Positions 24,701 through 32,627 of a DNA stretch of 64,000 nucleotides are shown here, one piece after another (the stretch's first letter is position 1; the number at the start of each line of letters is the position of its first letter). Under the pieces are notes generated by a model, which saw only the letters and a list, made by a program, of their open reading frames with translations, searched no databases and was not told the origin of the DNA. The position numbers were made by a program, and so were the translations under genes. The stretch is taken from contig CAKURH010000003.1 in assembly GCA_934675625.1 (NCBI GenBank), positions 4,503-68,502 on the forward strand, written 5' to 3'. This DNA is from an uncultured Kiritimatiellota bacterium. GTDB taxonomy: Bacteria; Verrucomicrobiota; Kiritimatiellia; RFP12; UBA1067.

Positions 24701-25021
24701 GACAGGATTTACAGGATTTGAGGCGTTTGGCGTATCCGTCTCGGCAATCCTGTCAATCTTGTCAATCCCGTCTAAAAAACCACCCGCCGCTTCGGCGCAC
24801 CGTTCCTTGTACGTCCGCGTCACCGAGCCCTCCATCGTCGCAAAGGCCATGAAGCCGCCGAGGACGAAGACCGTCGGCCAACCAAGCCGCCGGACCGCCG
24901 CGCGCACACGGGCGGAACAGCGCGACAGGCCAAGCGCCAGCGCGGCAAGGGCGACACCGCCCAAGCCAAGGCAACAGCCCCACAGCACGACCGAGTCGAA
25001 AGCCGCTCGATCCATCGTCAC
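21740..25021 (-). CDS. Membrane-anchored thrombospondin type-3 repeat protein with NIDO-like insert and ~450-aa C-terminal domain of unknown function
   Basis: Two N-terminal TM helices (aa 10-32 and 48-62). D-x-D-x-D-G-x-x-D-x-x-E Ca-binding repeats lie at aa 217-274 and 489-640. The insert carries ILVAPYW...VVEYRNV (NIDO-like). GTG start at 25021, with an alternative ATG at 25015. Confidence 0.85.
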   Translation of the reverse strand: MTMDRAAFDSVVLWGCCLGLGGVALAALALGLSRCSARVRAAVRRLGWPTVFVLGGFMAFATMEGSVTRTYKERCAEAAGGFLDGIDKIDRIAETDTPNASNPVNPVKDPPRLPASNNSALSDSNLTLSSVTNPCFYGIERGTDTVTLGVAWPDGLSLPNGRLDVFGHWQLASGGWTRLAQVDVSGAQSPAAVEIGIDSFQTNAMERAAFFRLATQDDSDGDGLSDAYEAWTLGTGPANPDTDGDGLGDGDEVALGTDPLGADTDGDGLADGVETGCIVRTDAFEWYDTSGWATVYGTSYGEGLHSYWGALAIASLPDGLTVLGSLMSKAVCFDNGVMYLDAPGSNVALVFPELATPLDRGTYSMGDILVAPYWCSTALVDGDASSCMRTGIVESNGCFVVEYRNVRLRGTSDDRRMTYQVIVPGGTGSVVRVSYLASDVWLDGSDAVVGVQVRRIVTPDGLYNLTWDFAERGPILPGTTVEYRLGHGSDPLRADTDGDGLSDGQEVNVYGTSPTNPDTDGDGLKDGAEISRRTDPFRSDTDYDGLNDGFELLLGTDPRQPDTDGDGLTDGWEDESGYDPTVDNNTDADPDNDADADPDGDGLTNGEENDWGTNPNQSDTDGDGVSDGAEALGASDPLDASDVGRPGSCRPVRLEFGDPSGSSSEKYSLAVIPVTGSGNGPLPRSHVFLNREYGECETKTAALKPGWRYEVKLRWAACKNSGEGYPDYDYRLLLVDTDQTSGVFLDDPKGLFVTDDNTSTRFSGESKAAYLDVVKLVVRSDRIMPYDVCQDGELIDSRTATVRVEPCVTGSALTIRNFELLCRPVGSGTLVNDNHGTTVTTEKTGTHIWRTSPIYWYGVLPDRDCAKYHHEYAFDLRENGLTVLSRKCPVGWPESNAHSLVLPPTGNDTHRGEAKFYHSTSEDYWYCEIVFKPFQFEEGSIYTEPDGQNFTWTGQYADKVRAEEEFHIKQVRGEVPTSQGGQGDCYTIKGLKYFVSQQAISNQNVVTSTWIVKGETRQDAEDNADAVIARAVNQELAESLRIRFEDRGFMEYSVKRHLNYNAAYRYHCSYEEAYGSNPINHVHPAYVKEGEQP
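23102..23557 (-). repeat. Coding TSP3 repeat block 2 (~7 units)
   Basis: DTDGDGLSDGQE, DTDGDGLKDGAE, DTDYDGLNDGFE, DTDGDGLTDGWE, DPDGDGLTNGEE, DTDGDGVSDGAE. Confidence 0.85.
24200..24373 (-). repeat. Coding TSP3 repeat block 1 (3 units)
   Basis: DDSDGDGLSDAYE / DTDGDGLGDGDE / DTDGDGLADGVE. Confidence 0.85.
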
Positions 25022-25039
25022 GGATCAATCACGGGAACA

Positions 25040-25066
25040 TTGAAACTCATGCCCGTATTATACCAT
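25040..25066. repeat. 27-bp direct repeat copy 2 (contains TGGTATAAT -10 box and ATGAGTTTCAA)
   Basis: Identical to 19867..19893. The flanking bases differ on both sides. Confidence 0.9.
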
Positions 25067-25106
25067 ACTCATGTCCGTCGATTCTCTAAGGCCCGATGGA
25101 TGACAA

Positions 25107-28100
25107 TCACAAGTCCACGGCCTTGGACGGCCTGATCTCATCGGCGAAAAGGGAAACGAAGCCTGTCGCAAACGCATGGCAGCAACTTGCCTGCGGCGCG
25201 TCATGTTCCCACAGTGTTCCGGTGCGGTCTGCCATGTCCGCATAGTAGGCAAGGGCTTCCTTTCGGGCGAGTTCGGGCATTCCCGCACGCGCAAGGCAGA
25301 GGAAGCGCAATTGCATGCCGGGGAAGAGGCCGGCCTTCTTCAGAGAGCCGCGTTCGCCCCGCACCAGACGCCCCCAAAGTTCGGCGTCGCGGACAGAGTC
25401 CGCCGTACCCGTGAAGAACGCATAGTACTGACACGTCTCGGTCGCTTCAGGACGCACGGCAAGTGCGCCATCCTTCCCGCGCACCGCATGGTCACGGAAC
25501 TGGACGCCATCAAATGCCTGTGCCCGGACAGCGGAACGGATCGCATCCGCACGACGGACGCAACACTCCCATCCGTACAGTCGCCCGACCGCATCCAATG
25601 CGGCGGCATAGAGCATGTTCGCCGGATAGTTCACGTCCTGCACATAGCCGTTTGACGCATCCCAACCGACGAATACCCATGACGGAAGCTTTTCAAGAAG
25701 TCCATCTGCGTTGACATATCCATCAAACCACTTCAACAGCTCCCTCACGCGTCCCTCCAGCAGCTTCGCCGTCTCGCGATCTCCGGTTCGGCGCACATAG
25801 TCCTCGATTTCAAGGAGGAACCACAGCGCATACGTCGGAATGTAGAGCCCATCCGTATGATCCGACGGATAGCACATCGCCACCATGCCCTTCGGAAGAT
25901 GCGGAAATCCCTTCGCAAGCGCATAGTCGCGAAGGAACGCACGCTCTACCGACGCATTGCCTGCAAGCAACTGCAGACTTGGGCCCGAAAAATAGGAATC
26001 TCCCAGCCAGCCGGCGCGTTCGCGGCTCGGGCAGTCCATTGGCACGTCCGTTGCGCACTGCGCAAGCGTCCGGGCGGCCGCCGCCAAGACCTTGGCGGCC
26101 ACGGGATCCGCCCCCACATAGACGTTGTTGAAAGCCTCGGCATTCCGATAGCGACGCACGACAGGCGCCTTCCACGTCGCCTTGCCGGAGAGCATCGCCA
26201 AGCGGGCAAACTTGAACGTCTGAGGCTCGAAGAACTCCAGCACATATCGCCCCGGGCGCCTGATGTCCCATATTGCGCCGGCCGCGATTTCGATGCGTAG
26301 CGGGTTCACGTCTCCATCAGGCGTACGCAACTCGTCCACGGCCGCCATGAACCGCCCCGGCTCCGTACACGCCAGCTCGACCTGAAGGAATCCAGTGGTG
26401 TTATGCTCTCCGGCATAGAGCTTCGCCGGAACCTTTCGCCCTGCCACGCCAGGCTTGGCCCTACGCCATTTTGCCAGTTCGTGCCACACGTTCACGTCGC
26501 ATTCCTCTGCCTTATACCCGCAGAAGACAGGCGGCGCGACATTCTCGAAGCATCGCGTCCTGGGCAAAGGCGTCGATTCGTCGCAGACAATGTCGTAGGC
26601 ATCGACCTCGACGAACGACCTGTCGAGACTGAAGTCACAAAGCGGCACCTCCCGTGCGAGAAAGCGCGGCGCGGTGACAGTTTCCAATTCCCGCGACGGA
26701 GCCGGCGCACCGCCGATCAGGTACGCCTCCGAGAAGCCTCTCTGGAAACTGGCTCGCGGCGTCTTGACGATGCGTTCGGATGCCCGTGCCGTCCAGTTTG
26801 TTCCGCCAGTCGCGGAAAGGACTCGCCCGTTTTGCACGACTTCCGCCGCGAGAAACGGAGACTGGTCCATGTACACGAAGTTGTTGCACCGATACGCGTT
26901 CACTTCGACGCGCAGTCGGTTTCTCCCCGCATTCAGCCGAACCGGAAGAGCATCGACACGCGCAAGGCCAGTCGGCGCGCGCGCAGGGCCCGCCGAGACG
27001 AATGCGCCGTTCAACTCGGCCTTGTAGCAGGACGCGGCCGCAATCCGCAACTCTGCCAGGCCATCCTCAGCCGTCAGTTCCGTCTCGAATGCGAACGTCT
27101 CGTTCATCGTGTCGCCCGCGCCCTTTGGCCACACCGCCTGTGCAGCAAGGAACAGGTCAGGCGCATTGAATTTCTTGTGGTTCAGGAACTCCCAGACGCG
27201 ATCCAGCCACGTGTAGCTGCCCGTACCCGGTGCGGCGGCGTTCATGAAGCAGTGATCCCTCGTCGCCAACGTATGCAAATCGCCCTGCACCCCCATGCGA
27301 CGCAACTGTTCCCAGCACTTGACCGAATTCATCGCCGCCCATCCGTCCGCATCGCCGTGCAGGAACAGCATCGGACAGGTCGAAAGGTCGAAGGAGAACT
27401 CCGGCGCGAGACGCGCCGCATCGTCATTGCCGCCCGTGCGATTCGGCTCGTCAAGACCGTCCGTCAGTGCATAGGCCGGATACAGCGCAATGCCCCACTG
27501 CACATTGCACGGAATAAGATCTGTCTCATCGACCGGCCAATATGACTTGCGCCGAGAACTTGTCGCCCCCATGATCGTGAGATGTCCACCGGCGGACGCA
27601 CCCATGATCCCAATGCGGTTCGGATCGAGGTGACGCGCCTCCGCTTCGCGGCGCACGACGCGGACTGCACGCTGAAGATCCTGCCAGGCGCTCGTATGCT
27701 TCGCGAGGCCTGTCGGACGCGGTGTGCGGTATTTGAGCGTCACGACCGTCATGCCCTTCTCGTTCAGGTAGCGTCGCGCCGACGTTACGCCATCCCAGGA
27801 ATCCGGACGGTTATCGAAGTAGGCTCCGCCGGAATAGATGATCTGGATGCCCTTGGTGCGAGGCGTCTTCGGAAGATGCCATTCGAGATATGGAACGCAC
27901 TGGTTCGTCTGTGCAGCCGGCATCTTGCCTTCTGGCCAAAGGGGCATCCGTTCGTAGCCACCCCGATCGGCATCATCCGGGAAACGCGCGGCAAGGCCGA
28001 CCTCATCGCCGAGCCGTCCATCGAAGTTCATCTGGCGGATGAACTCAAGCGCGCGGTCAAACCAGTGATCCCATGCCGTGCCGTCATCGCCACGGTTCAT

Positions 28101-29009
28101 GTCGCCGTGAAACCCATGCCAGCGATCCGCGAAAAGATGCAGCTCGGCAGGTATCTTCATCCGGCGGAGCTGACGGTATATCTGCGTTGAACCCAAAGGG
28201 GAGAAATCGTCCGCCCCCCCGTGGAACAGGCACATCGGGCAGGTCTTGCCGTCAAACGCAAGCTCTTTCACGAGCGCGACGTCGGGCGCATCTCCCTCGC
28301 GGGCGTTCGGCACGCCCTCGCCGTCTGTCAGCACGTATGCCGCAGCCTGCGGCACGGCGAAGAGCAGGTTGCACGGCAAGGCATCGAGTTCGTCGACCGG
28401 GGCATACGCCGCCGTCTCCGACGATGTGGCCAGAAGGAGGACGAGCTTGGCGCCGGCCGATATTCCCGTGGCGCCGATCTTCTCCGGGCTGAAGCCCCAC
28501 TTCGACGCATGCGCCCGCATGAACCGTATGGCCCTCTGCGCATCTTCCCAGCCGGACTGGTGTATTGCAAGCCCCTTCGGACGAGGTGTACGGTACGTCA
28601 GGTTCGCGACCGTCACGCCCGCGCGGACGAATCTGTCAATGGCCGGCTGCAGGCGTTCCGCGTCACAGCAGGACGAGAAGCCGCCGCCCGAGACCATGAG
28701 CACGGCAAGGTCGGTTCGATTGGACGGATTCGGCGCGTACCAGTCGATGTACGGTCGCCGAAAGTCCTCCGCGCGAAACATCTGGGCACGGGTCTCTTCC
28801 GCCTGCGCGGCGATCTGATGCGGCTGCTCGTCCGGCATCTTGCCTTCGGGCCAGATGTATTCGCGCAGGACTGGCCTTGCCGAAGGCGTCAGCGGCCCGA
28901 ACGACGCCCGGTCATCCGGCGAACCCCATGTCCCAAACGCCCAAGACGATGCCGCCGCCACAAGGCAGACGAGTGACACGGCACACTTTCGCACGCATTC
29001 AGCGTACAT
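25107..29009 (-). CDS. Secreted tri-domain enzyme: two tandem alpha/beta-hydrolase (carbohydrate-esterase-like) domains fused to a GH78 alpha-L-rhamnosidase domain
   Basis: Start at MYAECVRKCAVSLVCLVAAASSWA (ATG 29009, GGAGAGGA upstream). Esterase motifs are SGGGF/GISAGA and SGGAY/GASAGG, each followed by H(G)GADD or HGDADG. The GH78 hallmark DCPSRERAGWLGD is present. Confidence 0.85.
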   Translation of the reverse strand: MYAECVRKCAVSLVCLVAAASSWAFGTWGSPDDRASFGPLTPSARPVLREYIWPEGKMPDEQPHQIAAQAEETRAQMFRAEDFRRPYIDWYAPNPSNRTDLAVLMVSGGGFSSCCDAERLQPAIDRFVRAGVTVANLTYRTPRPKGLAIHQSGWEDAQRAIRFMRAHASKWGFSPEKIGATGISAGAKLVLLLATSSETAAYAPVDELDALPCNLLFAVPQAAAYVLTDGEGVPNAREGDAPDVALVKELAFDGKTCPMCLFHGGADDFSPLGSTQIYRQLRRMKIPAELHLFADRWHGFHGDMNRGDDGTAWDHWFDRALEFIRQMNFDGRLGDEVGLAARFPDDADRGGYERMPLWPEGKMPAAQTNQCVPYLEWHLPKTPRTKGIQIIYSGGAYFDNRPDSWDGVTSARRYLNEKGMTVVTLKYRTPRPTGLAKHTSAWQDLQRAVRVVRREAEARHLDPNRIGIMGASAGGHLTIMGATSSRRKSYWPVDETDLIPCNVQWGIALYPAYALTDGLDEPNRTGGNDDAARLAPEFSFDLSTCPMLFLHGDADGWAAMNSVKCWEQLRRMGVQGDLHTLATRDHCFMNAAAPGTGSYTWLDRVWEFLNHKKFNAPDLFLAAQAVWPKGAGDTMNETFAFETELTAEDGLAELRIAAASCYKAELNGAFVSAGPARAPTGLARVDALPVRLNAGRNRLRVEVNAYRCNNFVYMDQSPFLAAEVVQNGRVLSATGGTNWTARASERIVKTPRASFQRGFSEAYLIGGAPAPSRELETVTAPRFLAREVPLCDFSLDRSFVEVDAYDIVCDESTPLPRTRCFENVAPPVFCGYKAEECDVNVWHELAKWRRAKPGVAGRKVPAKLYAGEHNTTGFLQVELACTEPGRFMAAVDELRTPDGDVNPLRIEIAAGAIWDIRRPGRYVLEFFEPQTFKFARLAMLSGKATWKAPVVRRYRNAEAFNNVYVGADPVAAKVLAAAARTLAQCATDVPMDCPSRERAGWLGDSYFSGPSLQLLAGNASVERAFLRDYALAKGFPHLPKGMVAMCYPSDHTDGLYIPTYALWFLLEIEDYVRRTGDRETAKLLEGRVRELLKWFDGYVNADGLLEKLPSWVFVGWDASNGYVQDVNYPANMLYAAALDAVGRLYGWECCVRRADAIRSAVRAQAFDGVQFRDHAVRGKDGALAVRPEATETCQYYAFFTGTADSVRDAELWGRLVRGERGSLKKAGLFPGMQLRFLCLARAGMPELARKEALAYYADMADRTGTLWEHDAPQASCCHAFATGFVSLFADEIRPSKAVDL

Positions 29010-31035
29010 ACGTGATCCTCTCCCCATCTGCTTCAATGAATGGCACGCCCTCCTCCGGCATTCCGGCCTTCACGCCGAGCCCCTCAATCCACCAGCCATA
29101 GGGCGCCAGGCGATGCCCGTCAATCGTCCGAGGCACATCGCCAAGGTTCACGAGGAAGCGCACGCCACCGTATGTCGCCACAACGGTTCCGTCGTCGGAC
29201 GGCGTGGCCGGATCAATGCCACGCGCGAACAGGGGTGATCTGTCGTGTACAAACTCCGTGACACGGCCACCAACAGTCCGTGAAAGCACACGGGACTGTA
29301 GGGCGTGCAACCAGGCATACCAGCGCCGAATACGCTTATCCTTCGTCAGCTCATCTGCCTTGTACGCCACGACAATGTTGTAGCCGAGCGCAAGAACCCA
29401 CGCGAGGACACGCTCGTTCCTGGTGAAACCCGCGAGATCATGATGGTAGAAAAGGAGCTTGTCTCGGAAGAGGCGCTGGGCCACAGGTTCGAGAACCCAC
29501 GTGTCAGCGGGGAAACGCTTTTCCTTGTGCAGTTTCCGTCCGACCATGTCCTCAAGCGGAACAGTCCCCCAGGCGCAGCCGGTCAGTCCGAGTTCTGAAT
29601 CCGCCACCATGTCAAAGCCGTCCTCCGTGAAGAGCGGCATGTGGCGGCTGTCCTCCTCTACAATGGAAATCATACCCTCCTCATGCGCCGTGACGGACGG
29701 GGAATGCGGGCTGAAGTCGCGAAACCACGGCAGGGAACCGCACTGATCCTGAAACAGGATGTCAGAGCCATAGGTCTCGCGCGCTTCACGCCGGGTGGCG
29801 CGGTTCGCCGCCTGCACGACCGGATGCCAGTACGTGATGTTGTAGCCCTTGTGCGGCCCGTACCTGAGCGTAATCGGGCTGCCGTCGCGCTTTCTGGCGA
29901 TCGGCTCCATGCCGGCCTTCTTGAACACCTCCGACTTAAAGGGTTCGGAACCCCACCAGCATGGATTCGTGTACGGCATGAACAGTCCGCCACGGGCATG
30001 GATGGCCGCCACCATGTTCTTGAAGTCGTCGGAGCTGCCAAACGTCTTCCGGGGCGGGAAGAAATCGGGATATGCGTTGTCGAAGCCATGCGGCATGTAG
30101 TCGTGGATATGGACGAGCGTCGGCATCGGCAAGTCCTCGGCAAGTGAGGTAATCCGCTTCGCGTCGGCAGCGAGGACGAGCAACAGCGGAGAGGCGGCAA
30201 GCTTGCGCAGAAACGCCGTCCCGTCACGCGGCGGCAGTTTCGACGACAGCGAACGGCCGAGGCCATTTTCCTTCAGGTACGCCGCGAGGGACGAATCGAC
30301 GGTTCCGCCCTCGACGATCCGCACCACTGGCGTCTCGACCGATTCGCCGGGCTTCAGCCAGTACGCCGATGCATGCGAATAGTATCCGCCACGGCTATCG
30401 CCAGCCACAGTCGCCGATCCCGGAACGAACGGATGCGGATTCTTCCACGGCGCAAAATACCCGCGACGCTGGACGCCATAGACCTGGATGGACGCGCCGG
30501 ATTTCGTCTCCAGCCGCGCCCAGTCCGCAAAGAGCGGCGGGTAGGGGACGGAGTAGTTGCACTTGGACGTGAAGAATTTCTCGTTGAGCGCCATGCCCGT
30601 CGTCTCGTTGCCGCGACCCGGGTAGACGAACCTCGCCACATCGGCTGGACGAAAGCGCAGGTTCGCAGGGAAGTGGAATTCCTCGACGATGCCCTCCTTC
30701 GCCGTCAAACGGGCTTTCATCGTCAAGGATCCGTCGCGCGGACGCACCGTCGTTACCGTGACATCCAAGACGGGAGACGACCATTTCGAGACAACCGTAT
30801 CGCCGCGTCGCGTCTCTGTGAATCGTCCGCCGATGCGGTCCTCCCGTTCGACCTGCGCCGCAGAAAGCCTATTCGTCTCGGCGAACTTCACGCGCCACAG
30901 GCCGTGTTCGCCGGATTCAAGATAGGTCTTTCCATGGACATCACGGGCCACGATACGCCCCTTCTCGCACCGCACCTCGCCCTTGGCGACCAAAAGCGTG
31001 CAAGCAACCGCCGAAAACGCAAGCAAAGCTCTCAT
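28999..31035 (-). CDS. Secreted hypothetical protein, putative glycanase-like (distantly resembles the 54.5-61.9 kb paralog family)
   Basis: Trimmed to MRALLAFSAVACTLLVAKG (ATG 31035, GGGAGGGG upstream). The HGFDNAYPDFFPPRKTFGSS...MPYTNP and LFTEDGFDMVADSELG segments parallel GGHDGPFPDLFPADERFGG...HLNQHN and FGGYSSECGCDHFAAELDN. Confidence 0.6.
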   Translation of the reverse strand: MRALLAFSAVACTLLVAKGEVRCEKGRIVARDVHGKTYLESGEHGLWRVKFAETNRLSAAQVEREDRIGGRFTETRRGDTVVSKWSSPVLDVTVTTVRPRDGSLTMKARLTAKEGIVEEFHFPANLRFRPADVARFVYPGRGNETTGMALNEKFFTSKCNYSVPYPPLFADWARLETKSGASIQVYGVQRRGYFAPWKNPHPFVPGSATVAGDSRGGYYSHASAYWLKPGESVETPVVRIVEGGTVDSSLAAYLKENGLGRSLSSKLPPRDGTAFLRKLAASPLLLVLAADAKRITSLAEDLPMPTLVHIHDYMPHGFDNAYPDFFPPRKTFGSSDDFKNMVAAIHARGGLFMPYTNPCWWGSEPFKSEVFKKAGMEPIARKRDGSPITLRYGPHKGYNITYWHPVVQAANRATRREARETYGSDILFQDQCGSLPWFRDFSPHSPSVTAHEEGMISIVEEDSRHMPLFTEDGFDMVADSELGLTGCAWGTVPLEDMVGRKLHKEKRFPADTWVLEPVAQRLFRDKLLFYHHDLAGFTRNERVLAWVLALGYNIVVAYKADELTKDKRIRRWYAWLHALQSRVLSRTVGGRVTEFVHDRSPLFARGIDPATPSDDGTVVATYGGVRFLVNLGDVPRTIDGHRLAPYGWWIEGLGVKAGMPEEGVPFIEADGERITYVR

Positions 31036-31066
31036 CCGCCCCTCCCAGCTTCCAGGCCTCATACCA

Positions 31067-32602
31067 TCACACCAACTTCATCCAGTTAGACGCGACAGAA
31101 TGCCCCTCATTTCCCCAGCAATCCGCCGGCGTGACCACAAAACGCACACTTCGGTTGCGCGGTATCACGTCACCGAAGAACGCACAGGTGCAAGAGCCCT
31201 TCTCGCGAGACTCGGCCTGCATGCCATCCGGCGGGAAAACCCGGCTCTCGGCTGCCGTCCGCACCGTATCCGCATCGCGCACCTCGCAACGAACGCCAAA
31301 ATCGTAGGCCCGTACCGGCGAACCGGCAAGCGTCGTGACGGGCGGGAACGAAACCACGACCTGCTCGCGCGGCGTCTTGTCGTCACTGTAGCCGTCCTTC
31401 GCCCGGCGATGTCCATCCTTCACGCGCTTGGCCGTCACCTTCGCGCCCGGCGCGAACTGGGGAGGCGTGGCCTTCGCAGCCTCGGCGCGGCGGCGGAAGT
31501 CGAACGTCGCCACGCCCTGCGGCGGAACCGTGCGCCCGCCGTAGAGAGGAATAATCCAGTCCGGTCCAAGCGACTGGTCGTGCGTCCACTCGCGCCGCTC
31601 GAATACGATGCGGTCTCCGTAGACCGACATCAGCATACCCTGCCGGACGCTGTGCACGTCCACCTTCGGCATCTCCTGCGGCGGCGTGCGGTTGAAGTCG
31701 GCGCAGTTGAAGCCGTTTTCCCTGCCCGGAACGGTGAACTCGTGCCCACGTGCACAGGAACATCCGACCGAGGTGAACTCACCCTGCCAAACGCACTTCT
31801 CGTCCGTCAGCGACTGGTGCTCGTGCCCCGTGAGCGCAAGGCAGTTGGGATAGCCGTTCAGGGCCTTGCGCGTCAGGCCCCTGTCAAAGGACTTGATCCA
31901 CTTTTCGCCGCGCAGGAGCCACGTTGCGTATGTCGTGTCCTCCACATACTCGTGCTGGACGTAGAAGAACGGCCGATCCTTGGGGAGATCGAGCGTGGGC
32001 AGGAACTCCGGCAGCGGCGTACGCTCGTTTTTGAAGCCCTTGGCGTACTTATGGCCCTGCTCGTCGCCGAGGATGCTCATCCAGTTGCGCAGAATGAACG
32101 TGTACCCCTTCACGGTCTTCGCGCAGATCGGCTTGTAGTCCTCGCCGAAGCAGCTCTGCCAAACCTCCTGCTTGCGCCAATGGAACGCTTCGGCCTTCGA
32201 CTCGTCAAACGTCTTGTACCAGCTTCCGGCGAATGCGTCCTCGTCGTGGTTTCCGGTCACGAAAAGCTTCTCGATGCGTACGCCGTCCGAACGTCGGTCA
32301 TCCGGGAAGACCTTCCGCCAGGTACGTGCCACCGACTCGAACTCGCACCTGCGGCTCGTGGTCGTGAGATCCCCGGCGATCAGCACGGCGTCGACCTTGC
32401 GGCTGTCGTAGAAGCGCAGCGCCTTCTCGAAGAAATTGGCGTTGTCGTCCCGCGTGATGTGGATGTCCGAAAGAACCCCCACGACCAGGTTGGGCCTTGC
32501 GCCCTTCGGCAAGGAGGCCAACGCCGTGTGCGCCGTCTTCGACATGGCAGACGGCACAAGCGCCGCCCCTGTCGCACCGAAAAGGAATTCGCGTCTGTTC
32601 AT
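31067..32602 (-). CDS. Tat-exported calcineurin-like metallophosphoesterase
   Basis: Twin-arginine signal MNRREFLFGATGAAL. Motifs LSDIH, AGDL, GNHD and GHEH. Confidence 0.85.
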   Translation of the reverse strand: MNRREFLFGATGAALVPSAMSKTAHTALASLPKGARPNLVVGVLSDIHITRDDNANFFEKALRFYDSRKVDAVLIAGDLTTTSRRCEFESVARTWRKVFPDDRRSDGVRIEKLFVTGNHDEDAFAGSWYKTFDESKAEAFHWRKQEVWQSCFGEDYKPICAKTVKGYTFILRNWMSILGDEQGHKYAKGFKNERTPLPEFLPTLDLPKDRPFFYVQHEYVEDTTYATWLLRGEKWIKSFDRGLTRKALNGYPNCLALTGHEHQSLTDEKCVWQGEFTSVGCSCARGHEFTVPGRENGFNCADFNRTPPQEMPKVDVHSVRQGMLMSVYGDRIVFERREWTHDQSLGPDWIIPLYGGRTVPPQGVATFDFRRRAEAAKATPPQFAPGAKVTAKRVKDGHRRAKDGYSDDKTPREQVVVSFPPVTTLAGSPVRAYDFGVRCEVRDADTVRTAAESRVFPPDGMQAESREKGSCTCAFFGDVIPRNRSVRFVVTPADCWGNEGHSVASNWMKLV

Positions 32603-32627
32603 TTTTATTCCTCTCTTTTGTTCATGG

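Noticed and set aside
24650-24780. 9-nt tandem repeats (ACAGGATTT x2; CAATCCTGT/CAATCTTGT/CAATCCCGT) as regulatory or contingency repeats
   Set aside because: They are in-frame within the TSP3 gene linker (encoding NPVNPV and DGIDKIDRI), have only 2-3 imperfect copies, and show no evidence of phase-variation potential.
19894-25039. Integrase, transposase or other mobility gene inside the repeat-flanked island
   Set aside because: Six-frame inspection shows only the three island ORFs. A short fragment MKSVVESRVSRKTVAERIRGL (~20060-20125, minus strand) vaguely resembles an HTH, but it is too short and unsupported to call.
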